NCBI RefSeq assembly: GCF_006345805.1
Contig: NC_042999.1
Location: 116,002,001 to 116,066,000, forward strand
Length of the DNA stretch: 64,000 nucleotides
Direction of reading: 5' to 3'
From: Octopus sinensis
Taxonomy: Eukaryota
Positions 12,476 to 24,246 of this stretch are shown here, piece by piece. Position numbers and translations under genes: made by a program. The notes beneath the pieces were generated by a model. That model saw only the letters and a program-made list of their open reading frames with translations, searched no databases and had not been told where the DNA came from. Each line of letters starts with the position of its first letter. Within the stretch, counting starts at the first letter, position 1.

Positions 12476-13617
12476 ATGAATTGGACCGGTGAACATCGTG
12501 GCTTTGTTGTTTAAGCGTATTATGAACATGACTGATCTCTAACAGCCACGTAGCGAGCGTTCCGTTGACACTTTGCGCTCGGTTGAAACGCATCTGTATC
12601 AGACCGAAAACGAGTTTGCTTTGGATTTCTAACCTTCATGCAACTGGATCCACATTGAAACAAAAATCTTCTGGCAGACTTAGGACCGTTAGAACTTCAG
12701 AAAATGTGACACCAGTGACAACATCTGTTCAGCAATTGCCAACGCGTTCTGCTCGTAAGCATAGCATAGCATTAAGAATGTCTAGCCGAAGTCTGAGGAG
12801 GATTCTGCATTCTGATTTGAAACTGCATCCTTATAAAATTATGTCAGTTCATGAATTAACCAAGACAGATCATACCAATCGTAAAGCCCTATGTGTGGAT
12901 AATCTTGCATAAGTTCCCACTGCAGCTGTTCTTCTGAGCACCGACGAGGCTCACTTCCATATCAATGGAAACAAGAAGAATTTTCGTTATTGGGCTGAAC
13001 ATAATCCTCATGAACTCCACAAAAGACCGAGTCATTCTCCTCGTGTAACTGTTTGGTGTGCAGTTGTCGATTTTGGAGTCATCGGCCTGTATTTTTTTTT
13101 AAGAAGGTGATGAAACAGTAACAGTTACTTCTGGCCGGTACATTGAAATGTTGGAGAACTGTTTGCGCTCTAAACTGAACTGGTTGGATACCGAACATCT
13201 ATGGCTTCAACATGATGGAACCATGGCTCACACAGCATGACGTTCGCTTGGAATGTTGAGGGAAATGTTTCCTGGGCATTTGATTTCTTTGAGGGGAGAC
13301 GTGGTGTGGCCAGCAAAGTCATCAGATTTGAACCCTTGTGATTTTTCCTTTGGGGATACTTAAAGGAAAAAGTTTTCCGACATCATCCACGAACTCTTGA
13401 GGATTTTAAATCAGCGGAATACCACTTAAGATGACACGGAGAGACATGGAGAACTTTCGGGAACGACTGCATCGCCATTTGCCTAATATAGTTTTTAAAA
13501 TCTAGTAAAATAAACTGTGTTGTTTATGAACTTTACAGTGACAAATTTTTTTCCTGGGTGGTTGTGTTCTCTTTTTATATTCATTCACAATGTGGGAGAT
13601 CTTCATGCCTCACCTTG
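12476..13617 (+). mobile_element. Tc1/mariner DD41D (rosa/Visitor-type) transposon; transposase pseudogene
   Basis: ATG 12476 MNWTGEHRGFVV; then TGS..KSSGRLRTVRT, LKLHPYKI, TDEAHFH, VTVWCAV, QHDGTMAHT, WPAKSSDLNPCDF. I counted 41 residues between the second and third catalytic D. Many stops and frameshifts. Right terminus ...tcaccttg-TA at 13617. Confidence 0.9.
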
Positions 13618-14024
13618 TAGCTACCTCTTTCAAAAACTGTTTAAGAGCAGAACACAGTTAGATTTCCGTTACCTTGTTTTCATTTATCCATTTAGGAATT
13701 TTCCAACACGATCTTTTTTACATTTATAAATTAAAGTTTATGTAACCGTTTCATTATATTTCGTTACATACATTTAGCTTTCAGATTTTTGTAATGTTAT
13801 CATTTTCTTATGGGAAACGCATGAAAATTGTTGTGTATGTCGATAAAGGAGGTTTCTAATTGACAAAATTCTCAAAATTTAATGTTTTGTAACATTATGT
13901 TACTAATTTTTGCTAAAACTGAATGTGATTTGCATAATCAATATTCAAATCTACATCAGCATAGAAATTTTTTTTTTATTTTGTACTGAGCAAACGAGAC
14001 TGGAAAGATCTGTAGTGCAGTTAT

Positions 14025-14430
14025 TGTTAAGGTTAGGGTGAATCTTGGGATTGGGGTTAGTGTTAGGGTTAGGGATGGGTTAGTGTTAGGGTTAGTGTTT
14101 GGTTTCGGTTTAAGATTAGTGTTAGTATTAAATTTAATGTTAATACTTAAACCAGAGCTAAAGTTAAGGCAAGGTTTGGGTTTAGAATTTGTGTTAGGGC
14201 TCGAGCTAAGTTTGTGGTTAGGGCTAGGTTAGGTACAGCATTATGGTTAGTGTTAGGCTTAGGGCTAAGTTTCAGATTATGTTGGGTTAGGTCTATGGCT
14301 AGGGCTCGTGCAAAAGCTAGGTCTTGGACTCGATTCGGGGCTAATGCTTAGGCAAGGGCTATTTAATTATAAATGTTAGGATTTGGGTAAGGTTAGGGTA
14401 AAGGTTAGGTTTAAGTTTAGGGTGTAGGTA
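14025..14430 (+). repeat. Degenerate (TTAGGG)-like hexamer array
   Basis: gttagggttaggg-type units with 6-nt periodicity. A short opposite-strand version lies at ~15105-15175. Confidence 0.8.
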
Positions 14431-14607
14431 CGAATATTGTTACTTCGTTCAAAAGCTGTTTAAGTGCACAATTTCATTGTTGTTGACTTGTTTACTTTGT
14501 TCCATTTTAAAAGTTTTCTTTAAGTGTTTTTGTTTTTAAAGGTTATGTAACGTTTTCACTGAATTTTAGGTGTTCTGTAATATTTTCATTTTCATATTGT
14601 CAATATA

Positions 14608-14931
14608 TAAAGGAATCCCTTCGATCATGAATAGCCATGGGATTGCACCTATAAAGGTACCCTCCGAAGCACAAGTCCGTGCAAGGTTGTTTATGAAAGA
14701 CTAGCAGTTTGCCCATGTCTCCCCTACCCACGCCACTGATGTTAACCAAGGGAAAGGCAAAGGCCGATACAGCTTGGCACCAATGACGTCGTAACTAATT
14801 TCTACAGCTGAGTGAACTAGAACCACATGAAATAAAGTGTCTTGCACAAGAACGCAACACACTGCCCGGTTCGGATATCGAACTCACTACCTCGTGGTTG
14901 TAAGCCCGACGCTCTAACCACTGAGCCATGC
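14608..14931 (-). mobile_element. SINE family A copy
   Basis: Colinear with 3287-3623. Confidence 0.85.
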
Positions 14932-15197
14932 AGAAATTGAGAAATTGTGGTATGTCAATTATGGAAGCTTTCGTTGGGTTGAATTTTCAAAATTTTAAGT
15001 TTTGCAATTTAATTATTAATTGGTGTCAAAATGAATGTAATTTTCATAACTAGCACGCAAAACTACATCATCAGTCATTGCGAATAAAATTACAGATTCC
15101 CTTACTTTAACCCTAATCCTAACATTAACGCTAACCTTATACCTAACTCTAGCCCAAACTCTACCTGTAACCCTGTAAACATTATATTTGGGGGTTT

Positions 15198-15613
15198 GGA
15201 TCTTTTCGGTTTGAACGGCAATTTTTAACATAATTTCTAGGTAACTAAAAAATTTTAAACTTCGTATACTGGTAGAATGTGTTTATAAAACATCTTTCTC
15301 TCTTGGCTTTATTGAGAAAATTCTATAGTTTGTAAGATATTTGTTGTTTTTTTCTTCAATTTCTGCAATTTCAATTAATCACTGTCGTCCATTGAGGTAA
15401 ATAACATTCTGTGCCGTGTGAATATGTCCCTCGTTTAAGAAACAGATTGGGTTTATTTACATTTGTGAAGAAAAAAAGGATACCCTTCCCCCCACCCCTA
15501 ACCCTAACCCTAAATAGATTGAAATGCAATAGATCGATACTAGGGTCATAATTATGGGTAACAATTTCATATGACACCGCTAGAGAAAACTGCCGTTCAA
15601 ACCGAAAAGATCC
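15198..15613. mobile_element. Non-autonomous DNA transposon, Merlin-like (GG..CC ends)
   Basis: TIRs ggatcttttcggtttgaacggca / tgccgttcaaaccgaaaagatcc, with the direct repeat ggggttt on both sides. Confidence 0.85.
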
Positions 15614-15718
15614 GGGGTTTTTTTTCACAAGGTTTCTAAAAGTTTTCACATGTTACGAACGAATTATTATTATTTTTTTTAAATTTCATTATTATTGTTC
15701 CATTATTATTGAAATGTT

Positions 15719-15955
15719 ACGGCGAGCAGGCAGAATAGTTACCACGCCGGGCGAAATGCTTACCGGCATTTCGTTCGTCTTTACGTTGAGTATTCAAATT
15801 CTGCCGAGGTCGATTTTACCTTTCATCCTTTCGGGGTTGATAAAATTAGTACCAGTTGAATATTGAGGTCGATAAAATAAGTATGAGCTGAGCACTGAGG
15901 TTGATGTAATCGAGTTACTCACTTACTCGAAATTGCAGGCCTTGTAGAAAAGATT
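15719..15955 (+). mobile_element. tRNA-related SINE (family C)
   Basis: ggcgagc.ggcagaat..ttagcacgccgggcgaaatgc...ttcaaattctgccgaggtcg...gataaa..agtaccagttg; many copies in the window. Confidence 0.8.
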
Positions 15956-16441
15956 ACTATTGAAGTGTAATGTATTTTCTCTGGCTTCTCAGATATTTTG
16001 AAAATTGATGATAATCTGTGTCGCAAATATCTGCCAATAAACAGTTCAGAGTAATTGGAAAGGCCCTTTGCCGTGAGAAGTGTAAAATATAGCATTCCGT
16101 AGGTGCTGTTTTTCAAGTAAGAGTGAATAAAAGCTGAAGTTTAGTGGGGTAATAACTCTGATGATAGAATACACATCGATGAATTTACCCACGCATTTGG
16201 TATGCCGGTGGGTTTACCAAGGACATATTGTCTCGTGATTTTATTGACTTGCGACAAAATTACAAGGCAATGTTGTAAATATTCTTTTCTACCCTAGGCA
16301 CAAGGCCCGAACTTTTGGGGGAGGGGCCAGTCGATTAGATCGACCCCAGTACGTTATGAGCAGTTTTAGCACGTGCTTACATCATATTCCGCCTATTCAT
16401 ATATATATATATATATATATACCCACATTCATACACACACA

Positions 16442-16500
<59 letters not shown>

Positions 16501-16999
16501 CGTGTGTGTGTGTGTGTGTGTGTGTGTATATTTGCTAGTGTCTGTTTTTCATTTACTTTTTGTTTACTTATACACATCAACAAATGAGCCAATGCGGTAC
16601 TCTCTGTGTCGTTGTTCAATTTGCTAGGAATAACAGCCAAATCTCCCTCATGCTATGCTCTTGTTAATATTAAGGAAAGGGAAAACGTTTACTCCTCGCC
16701 ATCATTACGATTAAAATTAATATTTTTGATTTTGTTCGGCTCTATGAATTAATTTTTTTTAATGCTTTTATCCATTGCTTGATACCGGAAATTGGAAAAT
16801 CCTGACCAAAACAGAGAAAGTCTATCTTAACAAAACTTTAGAAAGAGAAAGAAAAGGTTCTGTTTTCCAAAGCTAAAAGTGGTGTTTTTAGCTGGGTTGT
16901 AATTTTATACTTAAAACAAATTCAAAATTTAAATTTCAGAGCATAAAACTTATTACGTTATCTGGTGTATAGCCGCAGTTCAAATGTGTACAAAACCTA

Positions 17000-17080
<81 letters not shown>

Positions 17081-17275
17081 GAGGGCTCTTTAATAGCCAG
17101 GGGTCAATTTAAGTTCAGTCGCAGATAGGAATTCAAAACGGCAATACGCGCAATTATATACATGCAAACATACCCATACATACACACACATACACAAATC
17201 CATACCTATCAGCCACTCCCAAAAGCCAGTTTGATCCAGAATTCTGACCACCATTCTTTATATATTTGCACACAA

Positions 17276-17445
17276 GCAGAAGTGGCTGTGTGGTAAGTAG
17301 CTTGCTAACCAACCACATGGTTCCGGGTTCAGTCCCACTGCGTGGCATCTTGGGCAAGTGTCTTCTGCTATAGCCCCGGGCCGACCAATGCCTTGTGAGT
17401 GGATTTGGTAGACGGAAACTGAAAGAAGCCTGTCGTATGTATGTG

Positions 17446-17491
<46 letters not shown>

Positions 17492-18598
17492 GTGGGTGTA
17501 TGTGTTTGTGTATCTGTGTTTGTCCCCTTAACATTGACAACCGATGCTGGTGTGTTTACGTCCCCGTCACTTAGCGGTTCGGCAAAAGAGACCGATAGAA
17601 TAAGTACTGGGCTTACAAAGAATGGATCTTTTCAATTCTGAAGCCAGGACCACAGATCTTTCTACTTAACTAAATATTCTGAAACTTCGTATGCTGATAG
17701 AGTCTAGCAAAACAAGACACAGGTTGGAACTAGTTTATTTGAGAAAAATCTATTTTATGACTTTAATCGTAGATTAAAACTGCGAATTTTAACCAATCAG
17801 ATTGTTTGTTTTCATGTGTAAAACTTGACTGCATTCTATTAGTGTGACGTAAAAGCGCTTTTGTGACGTACTAACGTTCGGAAAACTGTAAACAAACACA
17901 GAACGTAACGGCAGACGAAATACGGCTACGTATTTCGCCCGGCGTGCTAACGTTTCTGCCAGCTCTTTGCTTTTTTAATATTAAATTTCTTGCCTTTTGC
18001 ACAAATAAATACAATAAGTGAAATGAAACGCATTAGCTTAGAAACGAAATCTTGTTAGAAGCCTCGTCACTGAGATGCCACTTCTTAATAGCAAACGAAA
18101 GCAAGTACTAACAGAATGGAAACATTTTCAATTTAATACATGTGGCTTATTAACTAGTTTTAAATATTGTTATTAGAAGGTGGCTGACTATAGGATCCTG
18201 GAAACATGAGTACGTTAAATAATTAGAAGGAGATTTCACGGAGACATGCGGCTTGTTTACATTTAAGATGTTTAATACGTCACCAAATTGGTGGTCGAGA
18301 CGGAGTAAATAAAATAAAGCCGAATGACGGAATATCATTGGTTAAAATTCTAATTATTAAACAACGTTAAACTTAGAAGTTACAATTCCGTTTTCATTCT
18401 GGTTTACAATTAAGTTTACTTTTGACACATTCTACCAGTATACGAAGTTTCAAATTGTTTGGTTCAGTAGGAAAAATTTGAAAAAACTGGCTTCAGAATT
18501 GAAAAGATCCCAAAGAATAAATCCCGGGGTCGATTTGCTCGACTAAAGGCGGTGCTCCAGCATGGCCGCAGTCAAATGACTGAAACAAATAAAAGAGT
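17276..18598 (+). mobile_element. SINE family B (internal microsatellite), split by a MITE
   Basis: Head gtggctgtgtggtaag...gggttcagtcccactg, body to 17623, tail resuming at 18511 and ending gactgaaacaaataaaagag. Confidence 0.88.
17624..18510. mobile_element. Merlin-like non-autonomous DNA transposon with an 8-bp TSD
   Basis: Perfect 24-bp TIR ggatcttttcaattctgaagccag, extending imperfectly to ~90 bp. TSD CAAAGAAT at 17616-17623 and 18511-18518. Contains a SINE C head at ~17900-17970. Confidence 0.9.
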
Positions 18599-18934
18599 AA
18601 GCACACACACACACATTCAGCTTATCGCTTTTATCCATTACATTTTTCTTTTAATCGTCTGTCAATATTTATCTGTTTTTAGTTTTTGTTTTGTGGGTTT
18701 CACTTTAGCGACACCAGTTACACATGGTACCATGGTACTTTCCCACACTTGGTGTGGGAAAAGTTGTTTTTTAAGTTTTTGAAAGTTTGGATCAAAAACT
18801 GATGGCTACTACTCGTTAATTTAAAATTAAACCTATCAAAGGCGAGGGTCTTCCAGCGACCCCTAGCGCCCTCCAAATCTCTTAACGCCCCACTAGTGCC
18901 CCTTTGCTGCAAAATGCCTCCCTCGAGCTCCAAA

Positions 18935-19245
18935 TCCCCCTCCCCCATTTTTTCATTTCATATAGTCTGTTTACGTTTGCTTTAGGGTGTAGCGACCCAT
19001 GCAGCGTCATCAACTTTCTCGTCCTTCTATCCAGTGTTGATATTTCCTCCTTAGTCCATTTGAGGATGAACATGCTATATCTGACCACCGCAACTGCCCA
19101 GATATTCTTTGCTTTAATCAAATTTTTGGCATTTTGGTTGGATTTCAAAACCATCTTTATCCTTTTTTGATACGCCTCGCTGACCTTGACTTTCATTTCG
19201 CTGTGTAGAATGACATCCAGCTCCAAGATCCCTAAATATCGTCGG
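18935..19245 (-). mobile_element. R4/Dong-clade LINE fragment (RT thumb region)
   Basis: YLGILE...KRIKMVLKS..NAKNLIKA.NIWAVAVVRYS...LDRRTRKLMTLHGSLHPKANVNRLY...GRG. Confidence 0.85.
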
Positions 19246-19276
19246 GTTATTATTATTGTCATCATCATCATCATCA

Positions 19277-19343
<67 letters not shown>

Positions 19344-20365
19344 GACGTCGCACAGTATACAATATCGTGAGGTTGTTGATTGAAGCTATTGTGTCTAGCG
19401 AGTGTTTGTACTGTCAAGTCACAAGTACCTCACATAGACAGTACTTTACGCAATATGCGTGCAGTTCCAAGTAATGCCGACTTTTGCAATACATCTAGAT
19501 TGTAAGTAATCTCTAGGTTTCCAGACTTTTCTTTTTTTTAGATTGGGTTGCATTGAACCCGATACTCCGATGACAATAGGGATAACCTTTATATTCGACT
19601 CTCGTAGCTGCCACATCTTAGCAATCTCAATTCTCAGGTCACCATATTTATCAGTCTTTTCTCTTTCTTTCATGATGATATGCTGCCCCCCTGGCACTGC
19701 CACGCCAGTTATTAGGCACTCTTGTTTGTCCTTCCTAAAGGTTATTATATCCAGCCTTCGATGCTCTAATACCTTATCTATCTAGAAGTCAAGTCCCAGA
19801 GGAGTTTTGCGTTCCCCTTTTTGTCCATTACCTTTTCCGGTGTATGTTGGTACCAAGTACTCGTTATGTCGTATCCATACTTCCTGCATAGTAGCCAGTG
19901 GAGGTTTTGGGCTACCTTGTCGAGTCTGGGCTTGTACTCGTTCTGTACAAGACTTTAACAAGCACTAACAATGTGAGTCGCGCTTTCGACCCTCTTCCCA
20001 CACATTCGACAGAAGTTCGTTGCACTAGTATGGTATATATCCCTTTTCACTTAGTTGGTATTCAATGCCTGATCCTGAGCAGCGATGATTAGGCTTTCAG
20101 TATTCTTTCTTAGGTCACCCTTGTTGAGCCACCTTCGTGATGCTTTCTGGGTTTTTTTTAATGTTATTATCATGGTGGTACTGACCATGTAATTCCATGC
20201 AGAGTAGGGTTTCTTCTCTCTCGTTGGCTATTCATGATCGGAATTCGTGAGCACTCTCAAGTCCATTTTTGGTAAATCTTTCTGCATTAGCAGCATACTG
20301 TAGCAGGTCTTGTTTGCTGTTTACCAAATATTCTGCCATGTTTCTTCTTTCACTGTTGATACACT
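19277..20365 (-). mobile_element. R4/Dong-clade LINE 3' part: CCHC finger, restriction-like endonuclease, 3' UTR and (TAA)n tail
   Basis: LHGITWS(MHGQY-like), IIAAQDQALNT, CRMCG..HIVSAC, LHWLLCRKYG, WYQHTPEKV, AVPG..EREKTDKYGDL.IEIAKMW..KVIPIVIG across frameshifts. The 3' end joins (TAA)n at 19277-19341. Confidence 0.85.
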
Positions 20366-20790
20366 TATTATTATCATTACCGTTCCATTCTGTGGCACAT
20401 CAGACGGTTTCACTAACACATTAGTTATTTCGTTTTTTTTTTTCTTTGAGAAGTGGTTGCTAGCATTTTGAACGATCCATTTCCATTTTTATAAAACGGA
20501 CTCTGTGAGTGATTCTCATAGTCTTCCTTCTATGCATCACAATTTGTGTAAGTGTTTGTTTGTTTGTGTGTGTATGTGTGTGTGTATAGAGGGAAGAGAG
20601 AGAGGAGACAGACAGACAGACAGACATGCTGAGACAGACAGAGGCAAGTAAGCAGGCAGACAGAATATTTAATCACCAGTACTGGAACGATATTTCATGG
20701 ATCCTGAAATGACCTCTGCCGAATTTGAATTTGGAGTGTGGAGAATCGGAGCATGTACAGCAAGGCGTTCTGTATGATACTTTAACAACG

Positions 20791-20791
<1 letters not shown>

Positions 20792-20860
<69 letters not shown>

Positions 20861-21158
20861 GTCTGGCTGTCTGTCTGTCTGTATGTCTGTCTGTCTGTCT
20901 GCTTGCCTATCTGTCTGTCTGTCTGTCTGTTTGCCTGCCTGTCAGTCTGTCTGTTTGCCTGCCTGTCTGTCTGTCTGTTTGCCTGCCTGTCTGTCTGTCA
21001 ATGTATTTGTCTGGGTGTCTGACTCTGTCTGTCTGTCTATCTACCTATCTATACACACACCACACACACACACATACATACATACCTACCTACATACATA
21101 CATACATACATACATACATACATACATACATACATACATACATACATACATACATAGA
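20792..21158. repeat. (TATC)n/(TGTC)n/(TACA)n tetranucleotide microsatellite
   Basis: Directly visible. Confidence 0.95.
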
Positions 21159-21199
21159 CAAATGTCACTCCAGCATGGTTTAATTTTTATGTATCCGGC

Positions 21200-21543
21200 C
21201 TTAGCACTGATAAGAAGTGCTGATCTATAGTTCACGAACAGATCTCTGCATGCTGCTTCCTTGTGAGATTTGCTTTTGATGCCATCTTCCTTTGGGATTT
21301 TGAGCTGGAAGTCAAGTAGCAGTTGGGATCCAGACAGCTATGATTCACTGACCTTCTTTGGCCTTCGCAAACTAGATACATCTTGAACTGACCCTGTAGC
21401 TTTAAATGGTACTGGAATTGTACTGAGTGTAGTTCTGAAAAAAAAAAACAAGGAAAATAAATAAATAAAATAATGTGACATAATATTAAATAAAAATCTA
21501 ATATCATGTAAATGCCAAATGAGCTTTTGAATCGCCTTGTGTG
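21200..21543 (-). mobile_element. 5' fragment of a Tc1/mariner element
   Basis: Terminus TA-cacaaggcgattcaaaag; transposase HTH remnant FKATGSVQDVSSLRRPKKVSE and KSQRKMAS. Confidence 0.55.
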
Positions 21544-21595
21544 TATAGATATGTGCGTGTGTGTGTATTATGCATGTATGTATTTGCGTGACTGG

Positions 21596-21632
<37 letters not shown>

Positions 21633-21648
21633 TATTACATATATATAT

Positions 21649-21804
<156 letters not shown>

Positions 21805-21827
21805 TAGATAGATAGATAGATAGATAG

Positions 21828-21888
<61 letters not shown>

Positions 21889-21917
21889 GATATAGATATA
21901 TAAATATATATACATAC

Positions 21918-22410
21918 ATATAAGTTTAAATAGATAAGGATAAGATCGTTATTTAAAATACCGATCATATCAGGTGGCTAGCATGGGAATAAAAACCTCA
22001 AAGATAATAATTATTATTAAAATTATAATTAACGGTATCCAATTATAATTAACGGTATCTAGATATAGCAGCCAAAACGTGACTCTAATACCACATTAAA
22101 TGTTCATACAGCACCAGAAGAGAAAACAAAGAGACAAAATAAACTAGCAAATAATATATATATATATATTGGATAATTCCAGATCCCGGATTACTGGCTC
22201 TGCATAAGAAATGTTTTGCCTTCATCAGTGGAATATGGTTTTAGAGTCAAGTTTGGGCTGCTGTATCTAGCATGGTGTTATCTCTTAGATACCCTTAATT
22301 ATAATTTTAATAATAATTATTACCTATGAGGTTTTTATTCCCATGCTAGCCACCTGATATGATCGGTATTTTAAATAATGATCTTATCCTTATTTATATA
22401 AATTTATATA
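21918..22410. repeat. Long inverted repeat (~180-bp arms) enclosing a hammerhead motif; probable PLE terminal-repeat structure
   Basis: Arm ~21918-22098 (aaggataagatc..accgatcatatcaggtggctagcatgggaataaaaacctca..) is the reverse complement of ~22232-22410. Confidence 0.88.
22176..22234 (-). ncRNA. Type-I hammerhead motif with a GAAA>GTAA change
   Basis: attcca-CTGATGA-aggc...gcca-GTAA-tccggga-TC-tggaat, with a perfect 6-bp stem I. Confidence 0.6.
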
Positions 22411-22547
22411 TTCATTTCGTCATTATATTCACTGCGATGGTATTTTGACCATATCGCACAGGTGTTTAGGCGGGCAATTTAAACTGGTCATGTGCATACG
22501 TGCATATATATGTGTGTATACGTGCGTATAAGTAAGTATTCGTATGT

Positions 22548-22583
<36 letters not shown>

Positions 22584-22591
22584 ATATATAT

Positions 22592-22678
<87 letters not shown>

Positions 22679-22738
22679 TAATATATATATATAAATGAAA
22701 GAATGGAGTCGAACGACGATTTAACAAAATTCCTTTAT

Positions 22739-22794
22739 TCTCGACATATGTTTCGAAGACTGCATATTCTTAATGCCGTCTTCTCATCAGGAAA
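22739..22794 (-). ncRNA. Type-I hammerhead ribozyme, intact core
   Basis: tttc-CTGATGA-gaagac.gcat/taagaat/atgc.gtcttc-GAAA-catatg-TC-gaga. Confidence 0.82.
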
Positions 22795-23371
22795 GACAAG
22801 GAACTTATGTCAGCATCATGACGAACAAAAACTTTTAGATGACTGCCCACACGGAGTCCATAGTGATAATGAGTGTTTCTTTAAAATATTCCGTTATAAG
22901 CAGTGACGTCAAAAATGGTTAGATGGATAAGATTCTAAAAAGTTCAAGAGTTCAAAAATGGTTGGAAGGGGCAGGTTCTAAGAATAGGGGGGTGACAGAA
23001 TGCAAGTCGTATGTATGGTGATGCGTTGTTGTTTGCTTTTGCCAATGTGATTGAGTGCCTATGTGTGTGTATGTATATAACTGCATTCGTGTCTATGTGT
23101 GTGTATATGTGTGCGTGATTGTTTGTGTGGAGGGATAAATGCCAAATATATCTAGTGGTGAAGTGACAGGTTTGTGTCTGTGTGTTTGATTGTGCTAATA
23201 TAGAGAGAGGGAGAGAGAGAAAGGGAGAGGTAGAGAGACAAAGGTAGAACATACCCCAACGAATTTGGTAGTAGGCCTTCAAGTAATGGAGTATAAAAAA
23301 ATTTTGCCTCTGGTGTTGTTGTAGATGTGGAACCAAATTTTTAAATTCAAGGAGGTTATCTATATTAATCA

Positions 23372-23581
23372 TCATTCATATGAGTGGAAGGTGTGTTTCT
23401 GCCAGTGCATGCACCTATAGGATTTTGTGTTTACTAAAGGGAATTTGGCGAAAAGTGTATAGAAAAGCTCGGAATTACAGACGGCACAATATTTTCTGCC
23501 CTTATCAAAAGGAAAGGATACAGACAATATGGACCATTCCAGCTTGAAAGTTATATTGCTGCCCTTGGTATGTAGCTTCAA
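23372..23581 (-). mobile_element. PLE GIY-YIG endonuclease C-terminal remnant
   Basis: FKLEWSIL...PFDKGRKYCAVCNSELFYTL...LVN...CMHWQKH matches the PLE W.I...Y...C.LC..EK..I...LN...C.H pattern. Confidence 0.7.
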
Positions 23582-23665
23582 CCGTGCTCTCTGACGTAAA
23601 TTTGCTACCCGGGTATCGGTTAACCGAATTATCCATACTACGATAAATCATTCAACTACTTAAAC

Positions 23666-23717
<52 letters not shown>

Positions 23718-23746
23718 GTAATATATGATAATTACTCGGTAGCCAT

Positions 23747-23807
23747 GATAAAACTCCGAGTTTCGGATGCCGAGGTGGAAATCCACGCCGCCATCTCTTC
23801 AGTTATC
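23747..23807 (-). ncRNA. Type-I hammerhead ribozyme motif
   Basis: gataa-CTGAAGA-gatg..gtgg/attt/ccac..catc-c-GAAA-ctcggag-TT-ttatc. Confidence 0.72.
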
Positions 23808-24246
23808 CGGCCATCGGGAAAATACTATGAAAAATGACCGTTATACAAAGGGGAATTACTGTGTGATTGACCGTTATTAAGACAAAAGAGCTATTTGATT
23901 GACCACTAAGTGAAGGGAGGGAATGAAAGTAAGGGTGTAAAAAGTTCATAGTATCCGCGTGAGCGCGCATGCTTATACCTACATATGCGCGCCCGCACAC
24001 CCACGTGCATGCGCCTAAAAGTATACATATACAATCCCCATGTTAAAATTGACACTGAATTAACAGCTGTAAACAAAATTACAGTAAAGGCTCATTTCTA
24101 AAAATAAACACTGAAAATGGTATGGCATCATTTCTAAAGATAACCAAGCAACTACTACTTCTATCCACAGGAATGTTTATAAAGGACAAAATTTAACCAG
24201 TCAACCACAGTTGAAACCAATGAACACAACTGTCACCACCACCATA

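Noticed and set aside
14025-14430. True telomere or chromosome-fusion site
   Set aside because: Highly degenerate, short and embedded in dispersed repeats.
15025-15081. Minus-strand CTGATGA...GAAA with a possible aatga/tcatt stem
   Set aside because: No UH at the required position, weak stem II and no stem III palindrome.
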